The notes under the pieces were generated by a model. That model did no database searches. It saw only the letters and a list, made by a program, of their open reading frames with translations, and had not been told where the DNA came from. From the NCBI RefSeq assembly GCF_000009045.1, contig NC_000964.3, positions 2,294,001-2,358,000 of the forward strand: a stretch of 64,000 nucleotides of DNA. The letters are read 5' to 3'. The stretch is from Bacillus subtilis subsp. subtilis str. 168. Its GTDB lineage: Bacteria; Bacillota; Bacilli; Bacillales; Bacillaceae. Made by a program: the position numbers and the translations under genes. How positions within the stretch are numbered: position 1 is the first letter of the stretch; every line of letters starts with the position of its first letter. Shown here in pieces: positions 40,581-50,266 of this stretch.

Positions 40581-42830
40581 TTACGACATTTGATCCAACA
40601 GCTGCAAAATTCTTTCCTTTGCTTTTATCCCTTCTATTTCCGTACCTATACAAGACGGACAGCCGTCATGACAAGGACAATGTGTAATCAGTTGTTTCGC
40701 CGCTTCATTAATGTCTGAAAAACGTTTAAAGACTTCCTCCGCCAAACCGATACCGCCCGGATAATGATCATATAAAAATATGGTTGGCAATCCGGTATGG
40801 GCTGCTTTAATTTGAGAAACAACATGAACATCATTTCGATCACACATGATATACACAGGGACAATATGCTGCAGCACATTCGAGATGCCAAGAAGCAGCT
40901 GTTCCAGTGTCTTTTCCCCGATGTCTTCATCCGCTGTTTTGATTTCGAGCCAAGCTGCACTTGTATGCAGTTCTTCTTCCGGCAAATGAATAGGTCCAGA
41001 CCCAATATTTTCAAAAGTGGTCATTTTTATTTTTTTAAAAATGGTCGGCAGGGCATTGACAGTGACGTCTCCGTAGTGCAATGACGTACGGCTTTTTTCT
41101 TTCGTTTTATCGATTTCTAATACCTTCAGCTGAACTGCCAGGTTTGCATCCGTATAATATTCGACATCGACTTTTCTGACATACGCCTTTTTATGGTCCC
41201 AATCGAGCTTCTCAACTTGATACTGAACGCCTTCATGCAAATAAATCGCTTCATCATGCAAAAGCGTCATCGCACTAAAACGGTCCATTTCACCGATAAT
41301 CCTTACATTTGCAATATCCGACTGATCAACTATAACGACATTTTCCTGGGAGGCGGAACGCAAACTGATGTTTGACGCAGGGAACGACTCACTTGCCCAA
41401 TGGTACCGTTCGCCGTTGCGGTGAAGAACAGCCTCTTCCTGAAGATACTCAAGAATATCACTGACTTCCATGGCTCCAAATTCTTCATCAGCTCTAAAAG
41501 GAAGCTCATAAGCCGCACACTTTAAGTGGTCTACTAAAATAATCAAATTCTCCGGATTGATTCTTGCAGATTCCGGCGAACGATTAAAGAAATATTCAGG
41601 ATGCCGCACAATATATTGGTCAATCGGTGTTGAATTGGCTACCATGATAATCAAAGATTCACCGTGTCTTCTGCCGGCTCGTCCCGCCTGCTGCCAAGCA
41701 CTTGCAACACTTCCGGGATACCCCGTCATTACACACACTTGCAGCTGGCCGATATCAACACCAAGCTCTAAGGCATTCGTACTGACCACTCCTAAAATGT
41801 CGCCTTCTCTCAGTCCTCTTTCGATTTCTCTTCGCTCTTTCGGCAGATAGCCTCCCCGATAGCCTCTGATTGATTTTGTTCCAATCTCTTTTTTCACAAG
41901 CTCCTGAATATGGCTTAAAATAATTTCCACCCGAACTCTGCTTCTGGCAAAAACAATGGTCTGCACTTTGTTTTTAAGGAACTCTTTCGCCAGTTCATTC
42001 ACTTCTGCGGTTGCGCTCCTTCTAATATTCAGCGGTTTGTTCACAATTGGCGGATTGTAAAACACAAAATGCTTGCGTCCGCTCGGTGCGCCGTTGTCAT
42101 CGACCAGCCGCATCGGTTTGCCTGTCAGCTGCTCTCCCAATTCCTTTGGGTTGGCAATCGTTGCGGAAGTACAAATAAAAACTGGATCACTTCCATAAAA
42201 CCGGCAGATCCGCTTCAGCCGCCGGATCACATTTGCCACATGGCTGCCGAACACACCTCGATACGTATGAAGCTCATCGATGACGATATACTTAAGGTTT
42301 TCAAACAAACTGACCCATTTCGTATGATGCGGTAGAATGGCAGAATGCAGCATATCGGGGTTTGTAATGACAATATGACCTGCTTTTCTCACCTTTTGTC
42401 TGATTGCCGGAGACGTATCCCCGTCATATGTAAAGCTTTTAATATCAATGCCCATTTCATCAATAATTTCATTTAGCTCGCTCTTTTGGTCTTGTGCCAG
42501 CGCTTTAGTCGGAAATAAATATAACGCCCGGTTTGTTTCATCTTGGGCGATGGACTGCAGGACTGGGAGGTTGTAGCATAACGTTTTTCCTGATGCTGTT
42601 GGCGTTACGGTAACGATGCTCTCTCCTTTTTGCACATATTGAAAAGCGGAATATTGGTGAGTATATAGTTCATCAATGCCCCTTTTCGAAAGGGCCGCTT
42701 TGATTCTCTCGTCTATACTTTCGGGCATAGGCCTTGTTTTTGCTTCCCGAGGCTCAATTTCATGCCAATTCACAACGTTTTCATTTCCTTTTAAATCAGA
42801 AATGAGTTCAGTCAGTGATTTCTTTTTCAT
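40581..42830 (-). CDS. mrfA: SF2 DEAH helicase with DUF1998 4-Cys C-terminus (YprA/Hrq1 family)
   Basis: TPTASGKT, DELH, SAT, STNALELGVD, QQAGRAGR; CPCHDGCPSC. Confidence 0.93.
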   Translation of the reverse strand: MKKKSLTELISDLKGNENVVNWHEIEPREAKTRPMPESIDERIKAALSKRGIDELYTHQYSAFQYVQKGESIVTVTPTASGKTLCYNLPVLQSIAQDETNRALYLFPTKALAQDQKSELNEIIDEMGIDIKSFTYDGDTSPAIRQKVRKAGHIVITNPDMLHSAILPHHTKWVSLFENLKYIVIDELHTYRGVFGSHVANVIRRLKRICRFYGSDPVFICTSATIANPKELGEQLTGKPMRLVDDNGAPSGRKHFVFYNPPIVNKPLNIRRSATAEVNELAKEFLKNKVQTIVFARSRVRVEIILSHIQELVKKEIGTKSIRGYRGGYLPKERREIERGLREGDILGVVSTNALELGVDIGQLQVCVMTGYPGSVASAWQQAGRAGRRHGESLIIMVANSTPIDQYIVRHPEYFFNRSPESARINPENLIILVDHLKCAAYELPFRADEEFGAMEVSDILEYLQEEAVLHRNGERYHWASESFPASNISLRSASQENVVIVDQSDIANVRIIGEMDRFSAMTLLHDEAIYLHEGVQYQVEKLDWDHKKAYVRKVDVEYYTDANLAVQLKVLEIDKTKEKSRTSLHYGDVTVNALPTIFKKIKMTTFENIGSGPIHLPEEELHTSAAWLEIKTADEDIGEKTLEQLLLGISNVLQHIVPVYIMCDRNDVHVVSQIKAAHTGLPTIFLYDHYPGGIGLAEEVFKRFSDINEAAKQLITHCPCHDGCPSCIGTEIEGIKAKERILQLLDQMS

Positions 42831-42854
42831 TCTTTACACCTCTTTGTCAAGTAC

Positions 42855-42883
42855 AGTTTACCGAATATTTGTTTGCATGGCTA
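42855..42883 (-). promoter_or_regulatory. Candidate mrfAB SigA promoter with a LexA-like box in the spacer
   Basis: TAGCCA(42878-83)-17-TAAACT(42855-60); CGAATATTTGTTTG at 42862-75. Confidence 0.5.
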
Positions 42884-42932
42884 GGTGCAAATTTTATACA
42901 GTTGAATAAAAAAAGCAAGGCATACGCCCTGC

Positions 42933-43439
42933 TTATTTCGCTTTTATTGTAAAGAGCTTTGATTCGCCTTTACGAGCAGCCTTTTCGCCTGCCGATACCA
43001 TTGATCCTACAGCCTCACCATTCATTATAACGATTGGGATGACTGTGCTGCTCGCTTTTTCTTTTATTAATTCCAAATCACATGTAATCAGCGGGTCACC
43101 GACCTTCACTTTATCCCCTTCTTTAATGTGGGCAGTAAATCCTTCTCCGTTCATATTGACTGTCTCCAGCCCGACATGAATTAACAGCTCAATTCCCGAG
43201 CGAGTCCGAATGCCAACGGCGTGTTTGGTGTGGAAAATCTGAATGACTTCACCTTCAGCGGGAGAAACGATTTCACCGCTAGAAGGTTCCACCGCTATTC
43301 CTTCTCCCATCATTTTCTGTGAAAAAACAGGGTCCGGTACATCTGACAGGTCCATTACTGTACCGTCTGCCGGAGAATAAATAACCTCTTCTGTCACCTT
43401 TTCCTGAATTTTGCCCATTCCGAATAATTTTTTCAGCAA
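42933..43439 (-). CDS. ypqE: Stand-alone PTS EIIA (glucose family)
   Basis: [26 protein letters not shown] phospho-His motif. Confidence 0.92.
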
Positions 43440-43576
43440 TGTATTTTCTCCCTTCTCATTCACTTCAACCGTTATCCCTTCATTCACCACTATTTAACCA
43501 CACTTTCAATTTTGCTTCAATTTATAACAACATCTGGCATAGACGCATAATCTGGTTAAAAAAGGCGGTGGCGATA

Positions 43577-43996
43577 TTGGAATTCCATGATGACAAAAAG
43601 AACGAACTGCAAAAGAAAGAAGAAATCATAACGGAGGCAATCGACACTCTTTTTCAATCCTCAGCGTTCGGCAACCTTATAAACGGATTTCAGAACCTAA
43701 TCAACTCGAGTTTAAAGGATGTGCAGACGACCATACATGTCAGAGAAAGAGATACTGGGCTGTATATCGATATTACCATTCCGGCGACGTTTCGAGATGG
43801 CGAGATCGTCGTTGATGTTAAATCGAGGTATCTCCATGTAACACTCCAAGAAAAACAGAAACACCAAAATGAGGCTACCTTTACAAGCATGACAAGAACG
43901 GTTCAGCTGCCTTATGAAGTTCGCCAAGAAGATATGGAAACGTCTTGGAACGAGCAGACAATGACACTTTTCTTTCCAAAAAATAAGCATGAATGA
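43577..43996 (+). CDS. ypqA: Hsp20/alpha-crystallin-like protein
   Basis: C-terminal beta-sandwich pattern (RTVQLPYEV...MTLFFPK); TTG start after GGCGGTG. Confidence 0.7.
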   Translation: MEFHDDKKNELQKKEEIITEAIDTLFQSSAFGNLINGFQNLINSSLKDVQTTIHVRERDTGLYIDITIPATFRDGEIVVDVKSRYLHVTLQEKQKHQNEATFTSMTRTVQLPYEVRQEDMETSWNEQTMTLFFPKNKHE

Positions 43997-44016
43997 ACGA
44001 TTCATTCATGCTTCTA

Positions 44017-44394
44017 TCATTTAAAAAAGCTGGTAAATCCCTTTATTAAAGATCCGACCTGATTCATTGCACTCATTACTTGACCTGTCGTATCCATCAT
44101 TTTATTAAAATCAAATTGCCCATTGGCTTTTTTGAACTGCGACATAATGCTTTGAAATTGTGAAGGCTGCTGTTGATTAGGCCTTGGGATAGGATAAGGG
44201 TTAGAAAATACAGGCGGCTGCATAGGCATAGGCTGGATCGGAGCATAAGGCTGATAATAATCCTGCTGTCCATAATGCTGCTGAGGCAGTTGTTGCTCTA
44301 AATAACCGGGTGCAGCCTGCTGATAATATCCTTGCATATGCTGAGGATAATAATAGCCCATTTGCCGAGGATAGCTTCGAGAGCTCCCGTTCAT
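44017..44394 (-). CDS. yppG: Q/Y/P-rich spore protein
   Basis: Low-complexity N-terminus; [18 protein letters not shown]-terminal motif. Confidence 0.8.
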
Positions 44395-44581
44395 TGCGAT
44401 TCCCCCCTAAACACAACATATTTCTCTTCTATATATGTATGAATGACTTCTATTGTTTGTGTCACAAGTGATGATTAGCATTTGTCAAATTGTGTCGAAA
44501 GTTTAAATTTTTTAAAAACAGAAAAAAGTCGAATCATTATGGTACCATATTTTCAATACAGATGAGAGGGGATGCACCATA

Positions 44582-44770
44582 ATGAACGTATCATACTTAA
44601 GCAAACGTTTTGCAGAAATGAAGAAATATGAAACAGACTGTATGAATAAACTGATGGACTTTGCCAAGTTCCTCTATATTCAAGGACATCTCAGCATAAC
44701 TGAGTTTCGTAACAGTATGAAGGTTCTCGAAGCAAATGGAGCAGAAAGCCCGGCATATGAGATGAATTAA
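44582..44770 (+). CDS. yppF: Small conserved protein
   Basis: GAGAGGGG RBS; LMDFAKFLY..G motif; Spo0A boxes upstream. Confidence 0.75.
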   Translation: MNVSYLSKRFAEMKKYETDCMNKLMDFAKFLYIQGHLSITEFRNSMKVLEANGAESPAYEMN

Positions 44771-44808
44771 CGTCCGGCCCCCTATAAAAACGAAAAGAAG
44801 ACAGCCTT

Positions 44809-45180
44809 TTACCGGCTGTCTTCTCTTGCAATTTCATCCTTTACTGCGTGCAATGTATAAAGGACTGACTCAGTGATGTCCTTGAATCGTTTTTTATGAA
44901 TATGATGAACATAAGATTGAAGGACCAATTCCAGGAAATTATCCTTTACGGCCTCAATTTGCTCTTTATGCACATATTTTGGCCGGCGGACTTTTATCAA
45001 TTCAAGAGCACCCTCTGCCCAGCGAGCAGCCAGTTCATCATTCTCTTCAACTGCAGGCTTTATCGTCTCAAAAAAATCATAAGAATGATTACTGTTTTTT
45101 CCTTCCTGATACCGATCAGCGCCTTTTTCAGCAACTTCAATCATTTGCTCGGTCATTTCCAGCAAAGTTTGTGATAGCAA
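44809..45180 (-). CDS. yppE: Helical protein of unknown function (DUF1798-like)
   Basis: YDFFETIKP, RPKYVHKEQI; GAGGTG RBS. Confidence 0.8.
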   Translation of the reverse strand: MLSQTLLEMTEQMIEVAEKGADRYQEGKNSNHSYDFFETIKPAVEENDELAARWAEGALELIKVRRPKYVHKEQIEAVKDNFLELVLQSYVHHIHKKRFKDITESVLYTLHAVKDEIAREDSR

Positions 45181-45225
45181 TATCTTTCACCTCAATGCCT
45201 ATCGTACCAAATTTCACTCACAAAT

Positions 45226-45471
45226 TCAGCCGATGCGGTATACCTTCTCAAACGCATACCTGTGTTCAGGCGATTGATACAGCTCATTTATACAAATATG
45301 AAGATCTATGATTTCTTCTTCGAGCACACTTAGGCGATCGTTCTCCGTTTCCCGCATCTCAGCCTCTAATGCATTTACAGAATGATTCAGGCTTTGCTCA
45401 GCTCGCGTTAATTCATCTTCTATATCAGAAAGCATACGGAGAATATCTGTCTTGCATACATAACCGGACAT
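45226..45471 (-). CDS. yppD: Small acidic coiled-coil protein
   Basis: AAGGGAGG RBS before ATG 45471; TGTCGAA box at 45597-603. Confidence 0.7.
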   Translation of the reverse strand: MSGYVCKTDILRMLSDIEDELTRAEQSLNHSVNALEAEMRETENDRLSVLEEEIIDLHICINELYQSPEHRYAFEKVYRIG

Positions 45472-45669
45472 TCGTGTACCTCCCTTTCCTTGTCTCTCCC
45501 GGTTAACATTCTTTGCTCTCAAGGCTCTTTCCTTCCTCATGACAAAACTAGAAGCAAATCGCCAAACAAACAGGTATTCCACGAAAAGCTGAAGTTTTCG
45601 ACAAAAACACCCGCAAAAATTGTATGATCCTCCTCATTAATGCAAACGATACTTGTGAGGAGGTGCCGT

Positions 45670-45774
45670 ATGAAAACAAGACCGAAAAAAGCCGGCCAGC
45701 AAAAAAAGACTGAATCAAAGGCAATCGATTCTTTAGATAAAAAATTAGGCGGCCCGAACCGCCCTTCTACGTAA
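45670..45774 (+). CDS. sspM: Small acid-soluble spore protein M (34 aa; missed by ORF track)
   Basis: MKTRPKKAGQQKKTESKAIDSLDKKLGGPNRPST; GAGGAGGTG RBS. Confidence 0.9.
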   Translation: MKTRPKKAGQQKKTESKAIDSLDKKLGGPNRPST

Positions 45775-45798
45775 GAAGCAAGGAATTTCCTTGCTTCT

Positions 45799-46761
45799 TT
45801 ATTTTTTCAGCCACTGCTCCACCGCAAAAAGCGCATGAAGCTGGCGCTTTTTATGTAAATACCAGTCTGTCAATTCAATCTGCTTCGGCAATTCCTCGCG
45901 CCTAAAGAACGTTTTCTTTATCTTTCCATGAAACCAATCTGTTTTCGTTCCGTCTAATGAGTGGATTAACTCAGGGTAGCATGTCCTTAGCATAGGAGAT
46001 GTTCTTTTTGTAATCCCGATCATCTTTTCCATATCAAAACGGGAACCTGTGTGCGGCACTGTGTGCAAAAAGTGATAAAAAGAGGAGAACAATTCTGGCT
46101 TGAACAGCAATTGAGACAGCTGCTTTCCCAGCCTTATCCTTTCCTCCGCCTTTGAAAAGCGTTTCACTGAAATGCCGTAAAAAAACCCATTTGAGGAAGG
46201 AAAAATAACGGTGTTAAAATGAAACCAGTCACTTAAATAAAAAGGAATCGTGTCAAAAACATTCTTTTTAAACGAAGGATTTTGTATAATAGGTGTTTGG
46301 ATAGTGTTTTGTTCATTTATAATGAGGGCATACATTAGCCGCTCCGTATTTCGCTCATGCCAAAAACGGGTCCATTCTTCCGACATAAATTGTGAGACGC
46401 CAAACACATGCAGCAGATGAAACAGCGGTTTCCCAACTCTTTTTGACCAGTGGTATAAAAGAAGCTGCGGATAGGCATCCGAAAAAATAAGCCAGTTCGC
46501 TCTTTCATAGGCTAAAAAGAACCATTTTTGCTGTCTCTCACGGAGTCCAAGCTGAAACAGACTGCCTTTTAAGTCAGTCATTGACCAGCCGGCATTACGA
46601 GAAACGAAAGAAGCCAAAAGCGACCATTTGATTTCCGGATGACGGTCGTAAAATGCTTTATAAGCATTTGTTCTTGAAATGTTATCCGCGTTTTTCATTT
46701 TTGTCTGCCGCTCAATCCGGCTCAGAAGCTTTCTGATGGCCTGTTGTTCTTGCACGTTCAT
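45799..46761 (-). CDS. yppC: DUF2515-like protein
   Basis: NISRTNAY, WSLLASFVSRNAGWSMTDL. Confidence 0.8.
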   Translation of the reverse strand: MNVQEQQAIRKLLSRIERQTKMKNADNISRTNAYKAFYDRHPEIKWSLLASFVSRNAGWSMTDLKGSLFQLGLRERQQKWFFLAYERANWLIFSDAYPQLLLYHWSKRVGKPLFHLLHVFGVSQFMSEEWTRFWHERNTERLMYALIINEQNTIQTPIIQNPSFKKNVFDTIPFYLSDWFHFNTVIFPSSNGFFYGISVKRFSKAEERIRLGKQLSQLLFKPELFSSFYHFLHTVPHTGSRFDMEKMIGITKRTSPMLRTCYPELIHSLDGTKTDWFHGKIKKTFFRREELPKQIELTDWYLHKKRQLHALFAVEQWLKK

Positions 46762-46801
46762 TCACTTCCGTCATGATTAGTTTAATAAGGAGGATGAGAA
46801 A

Positions 46802-47422
46802 GTGATTCGGTATCCTAATGGAAAAACATTTCAGCCGAAACATTCGGTTTCATCCCAAAACAGTCAGAAAAGGGCCCCGTCTTACAGTAATCGCGGAATG
46901 ACCCTCGAAGATGACTTAAACGAAACGAATAAGTATTATCTGACAAACCAAATTGCCGTTATACACAAAAAGCCGACACCTGTTCAAATTGTAAATGTCC
47001 ATTATCCAAAAAGAAGTGCCGCAGTGATTAAAGAAGCTTACTTTAAACAATCATCGACAACAGACTACAATGGGATTTACAAAGGGCGGTATATTGATTT
47101 TGAGGCGAAAGAAACGAAAAACAAGACCTCTTTCCCCCTGCAGAATTTTCATGACCATCAAATCGAGCATATGAAGCAGGTAAAGGCTCAAGACGGTATT
47201 TGTTTTGTTATTATATCCGCTTTCGACCAGGTTTATTTTTTGGAAGCCGATAAGCTGTTTTATTTCTGGGACAGAAAAGAAAAAAACGGCAGAAAATCAA
47301 TTCGAAAAGATGAGTTGGAAGAAACAGCTTATCCGATTTCTCTTGGATACGCACCCAGAATTGATTATATTAGTATTATTGAACAGCTTTATTTTTCGCC
47401 ATCATCTGGTGCGAAAGGTTGA
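46802..47422 (+). CDS. recU: Holliday junction resolvase
   Basis: NRGMTLE, HKKPTP, TTDYNG, FEAKET. Confidence 0.97.
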   Translation: MIRYPNGKTFQPKHSVSSQNSQKRAPSYSNRGMTLEDDLNETNKYYLTNQIAVIHKKPTPVQIVNVHYPKRSAAVIKEAYFKQSSTTDYNGIYKGRYIDFEAKETKNKTSFPLQNFHDHQIEHMKQVKAQDGICFVIISAFDQVYFLEADKLFYFWDRKEKNGRKSIRKDELEETAYPISLGYAPRIDYISIIEQLYFSPSSGAKG

Positions 47423-47443
47423 TTAACGAAAGGTTGAGATGTT

Positions 47444-50188
47444 ATGTCAGATCAATTTAACAGCCGTGAAGCTCGACGAAAAGCGAACAGCAAATCGAGT
47501 CCTTCACCGAAAAAAGGCAAGAAACGAAAAAAGGGCGGATTGTTTAAAAAGACCCTTTTCACTTTACTCATTCTGTTTGTTTTAGGCGTAGTCGGCGGTG
47601 CTGTTACATTTGCCGTCATGGTTTCTGATGCGCCGTCCCTTGATGAAAGCAAATTGAAGACGCCTTATTCATCAACGATTTATGATAAAAATGGAAAAGA
47701 GATCGCCGAAGTCGGCGCCGAAAAACGGACCTACGTCTCGATAGATGAAATTCCCGATGTTGTAAAAGAAGCCTTTATCGCGACAGAAGACGCTCGTTTT
47801 TATGAGCACCACGGGATTGACCCTGTCCGTATCGGCGGTGCATTAGTTGCCAACTTTAAAGACGGCTTCGGGGCTGAAGGCGGAAGTACGATCACCCAGC
47901 AGGTCGTCAAAAACTCCCTTCTTTCACATCAGAAGACGTTGAAACGGAAGGTGCAGGAAGTATGGCTTTCGATTCAGCTGGAGCGCAATTACTCTAAAGA
48001 TGAAATTTTAGAAATGTATTTAAACCGGATTTATTTTTCTCCTAGAGCATACGGAATCGGAAAAGCGGCGGAAGAATTTTTCGGCGTTACTGATTTAAGC
48101 AAATTGACTGTCGAACAGGCTGCGACGCTTGCAGGAATGCCGCAGAGCCCAACAGCGTACAACCCGGTCAAAAACCCGGATAAAGCGGAAAAACGACGGA
48201 ACATCGTACTCAGTCTGATGAAAAAGCAAGGATTTATTTCTGATTCTCAATATAACAAAGCGAAAAAAGTGGCAGTGAAAGACGAAGGCGTCGTGTCACA
48301 GAAGGAATATGAAAAAGCAAGTACAAACAAATACAGCGCATTTGTTGAAGAGGTTATGAAGGAAATTGATGAAAAATCTGATGTCGATCCATCTGCTGAC
48401 GGATTAAAGATCTATACGACATTAGATACAAAAGCACAAGATAAACTAGATGAATTAATGGACGGAGACACCGTCGGATTTACTGAAGGCATGCAGGGCG
48501 GTGTGACGCTTCTCGATACCAAAAACGGAGAAGTCCGAGCGATTGGTGCGGGACGCAATCAGCCTGTCGGAGGCTTTAACTATGCTACTCAAACTAAGGC
48601 ACAGCCTGGTTCGACCATAAAACCGATTTTGGACTACGGACCAGTTATTGAAAATAAGAAATGGTCCACATACGAACAAATTGATGACTCAGCTTATACG
48701 TATTCTAACGGAAAACCGATTCGTGATTGGGACCGCAAATATCTAGGGCCTATCTCAATGCGTTACGCTCTGGCCCAATCAAGAAATATACCTGCTTTAA
48801 AAGCATTCCAGGCAGTCGGTAAAGATACTGCTGTAGACTTTGCAAATGGACTCGGGCTTGGTTTAACAAAAGATAATGTAACAGAGGCCTATTCTATTGG
48901 CGGTTTCGGTGGGAACGATGGTGTTTCTCCTCTGACAATGGCAGGTGCATACAGCGCGTTTGGAAATAACGGAACGTATAATGAACCGCATTTTGTAAAA
49001 TCTATCGAATTTAACGATGGCACGAAGCTTGACTTAACACCAAAATCAAAATCAGCCATGAGTGATTATACTGCGTTTATGATTACAGATATGCTGAAAA
49101 CAGCTGTGAAGACAGGTACTGGACAGCTTGCACAAGTACCTGGTGTAGAAGTTGCAGGAAAAACAGGAACGACTAACTTTGATGATAATGAAGTCAAAAG
49201 GTACAATATCGCTAGCGGTGGCGCCCGAGATTCTTGGTTCGTTGGCTACACACCGCAATATACAGCTGCCGTCTGGACGGGAATGGGAGAAAACGAGGCT
49301 GGAAAGAAATCACTTTCAGCTGAAGAGCAAAAAGTTGCAAAGCGCATCTTCGCCCAGCTCATCGCCGATGTCGATGACGGAAGCGGATCATTTGAGAAGC
49401 CTGACAGCGTAGTGGAAGCCACCGTAGAAAAAGGTTCTAATCCGGCAAAACTGGCAGGGCCAAATACGCCAAGCGATAAGAAGCTCACAGAGTACTTTGT
49501 TAAAGGCACAGCTCCTTCTACTGTTTCTAAAACATATGAGAAAGAAGAAAAAGAGGAAACAGCTAAACTGTCTGGTTTAAACGTGAAATACGATAAAGAC
49601 AATCAATCTTTAACGTTAAGCTGGAATTACGACGGAGATGCGACCTTTGCTGTTAAGCAATCTGTTGACGGCGGCAGCTACTCGGAAATTCAAAACAGCT
49701 CTGCAAAAGAGGCAGTTATTTCGGGTGTGCAGCCAGGATCTGTATACAAATTCGAAGTAACAGCCGTCAGTGATGATGGCAAAAGTACAGCTTCCACATC
49801 TTATGAGGTGCCAAAAGCTGAAGACGATGAAGATAAAAAAGACCAGCAACAAACGGATGATGAAAAACAAGATGATGAGAAGACTCAGGATGATACACAA
49901 ACTGATGATTCTCAAAAAGATGACGGTCAGACGGATCAAGATCAGACAGATGATTCAACAAACGATCAAGACAAAAAACAAGACAATACGAACACCAATC
50001 CGTCCGACAACAATAACCAAGACCAATCAAACGATAATGATAACGACAACAGTAACAACCAGGATACGTCGGATGGTGATTCGAACTCTGGTAAGAATGA
50101 TTCAACAGGTTCTGACACGAATAAAAATAAAACAGACACATCTAATAAAACACAAACAAACTCATCATCCATTGAAAAAACAAATTAA
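47444..50188 (+). CDS. ponA: Class A PBP1 (transglycosylase, transpeptidase, FN3 domain, disordered tail)
   Basis: EDARFYEH, GGSTITQQ, STIK (SxxK), SRN, KTG. Confidence 0.98.
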   Translation: MSDQFNSREARRKANSKSSPSPKKGKKRKKGGLFKKTLFTLLILFVLGVVGGAVTFAVMVSDAPSLDESKLKTPYSSTIYDKNGKEIAEVGAEKRTYVSIDEIPDVVKEAFIATEDARFYEHHGIDPVRIGGALVANFKDGFGAEGGSTITQQVVKNSLLSHQKTLKRKVQEVWLSIQLERNYSKDEILEMYLNRIYFSPRAYGIGKAAEEFFGVTDLSKLTVEQAATLAGMPQSPTAYNPVKNPDKAEKRRNIVLSLMKKQGFISDSQYNKAKKVAVKDEGVVSQKEYEKASTNKYSAFVEEVMKEIDEKSDVDPSADGLKIYTTLDTKAQDKLDELMDGDTVGFTEGMQGGVTLLDTKNGEVRAIGAGRNQPVGGFNYATQTKAQPGSTIKPILDYGPVIENKKWSTYEQIDDSAYTYSNGKPIRDWDRKYLGPISMRYALAQSRNIPALKAFQAVGKDTAVDFANGLGLGLTKDNVTEAYSIGGFGGNDGVSPLTMAGAYSAFGNNGTYNEPHFVKSIEFNDGTKLDLTPKSKSAMSDYTAFMITDMLKTAVKTGTGQLAQVPGVEVAGKTGTTNFDDNEVKRYNIASGGARDSWFVGYTPQYTAAVWTGMGENEAGKKSLSAEEQKVAKRIFAQLIADVDDGSGSFEKPDSVVEATVEKGSNPAKLAGPNTPSDKKLTEYFVKGTAPSTVSKTYEKEEKEETAKLSGLNVKYDKDNQSLTLSWNYDGDATFAVKQSVDGGSYSEIQNSSAKEAVISGVQPGSVYKFEVTAVSDDGKSTASTSYEVPKAEDDEDKKDQQQTDDEKQDDEKTQDDTQTDDSQKDDGQTDQDQTDDSTNDQDKKQDNTNTNPSDNNNQDQSNDNDNDNSNNQDTSDGDSNSGKNDSTGSDTNKNKTDTSNKTQTNSSSIEKTN
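49825..50185 (+). repeat. Low-complexity D/Q/N/T/S-rich coding repeats (PBP1 disordered tail)
   Basis: Degenerate GATGAT..CAA..ACA units encoding QTDD/KQDD/DNN repeats. Confidence 0.85.
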
Positions 50189-50190
50189 AC

Positions 50191-50266
50191 AAAAAAGCCG
50201 TCACCTTTGGGGTGATGGCTTTTTTGGTACACAATAAAAAACCTCCCGTTTTAACAGGAGGTTTTA
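50191..50266. terminator. Back-to-back terminators of convergent ponA and ypoC
   Basis: AAAAAAGCCGTCACC-TTTG-GGGTGATGGCTTTTT and AAAAACCTCC..GGAGGTTTT. Confidence 0.85.

Noticed and set aside
49767-50237. Alternative-frame and antisense ORFs over the ponA tail
   Set aside because: By-product of the low-complexity, stop-poor repeat
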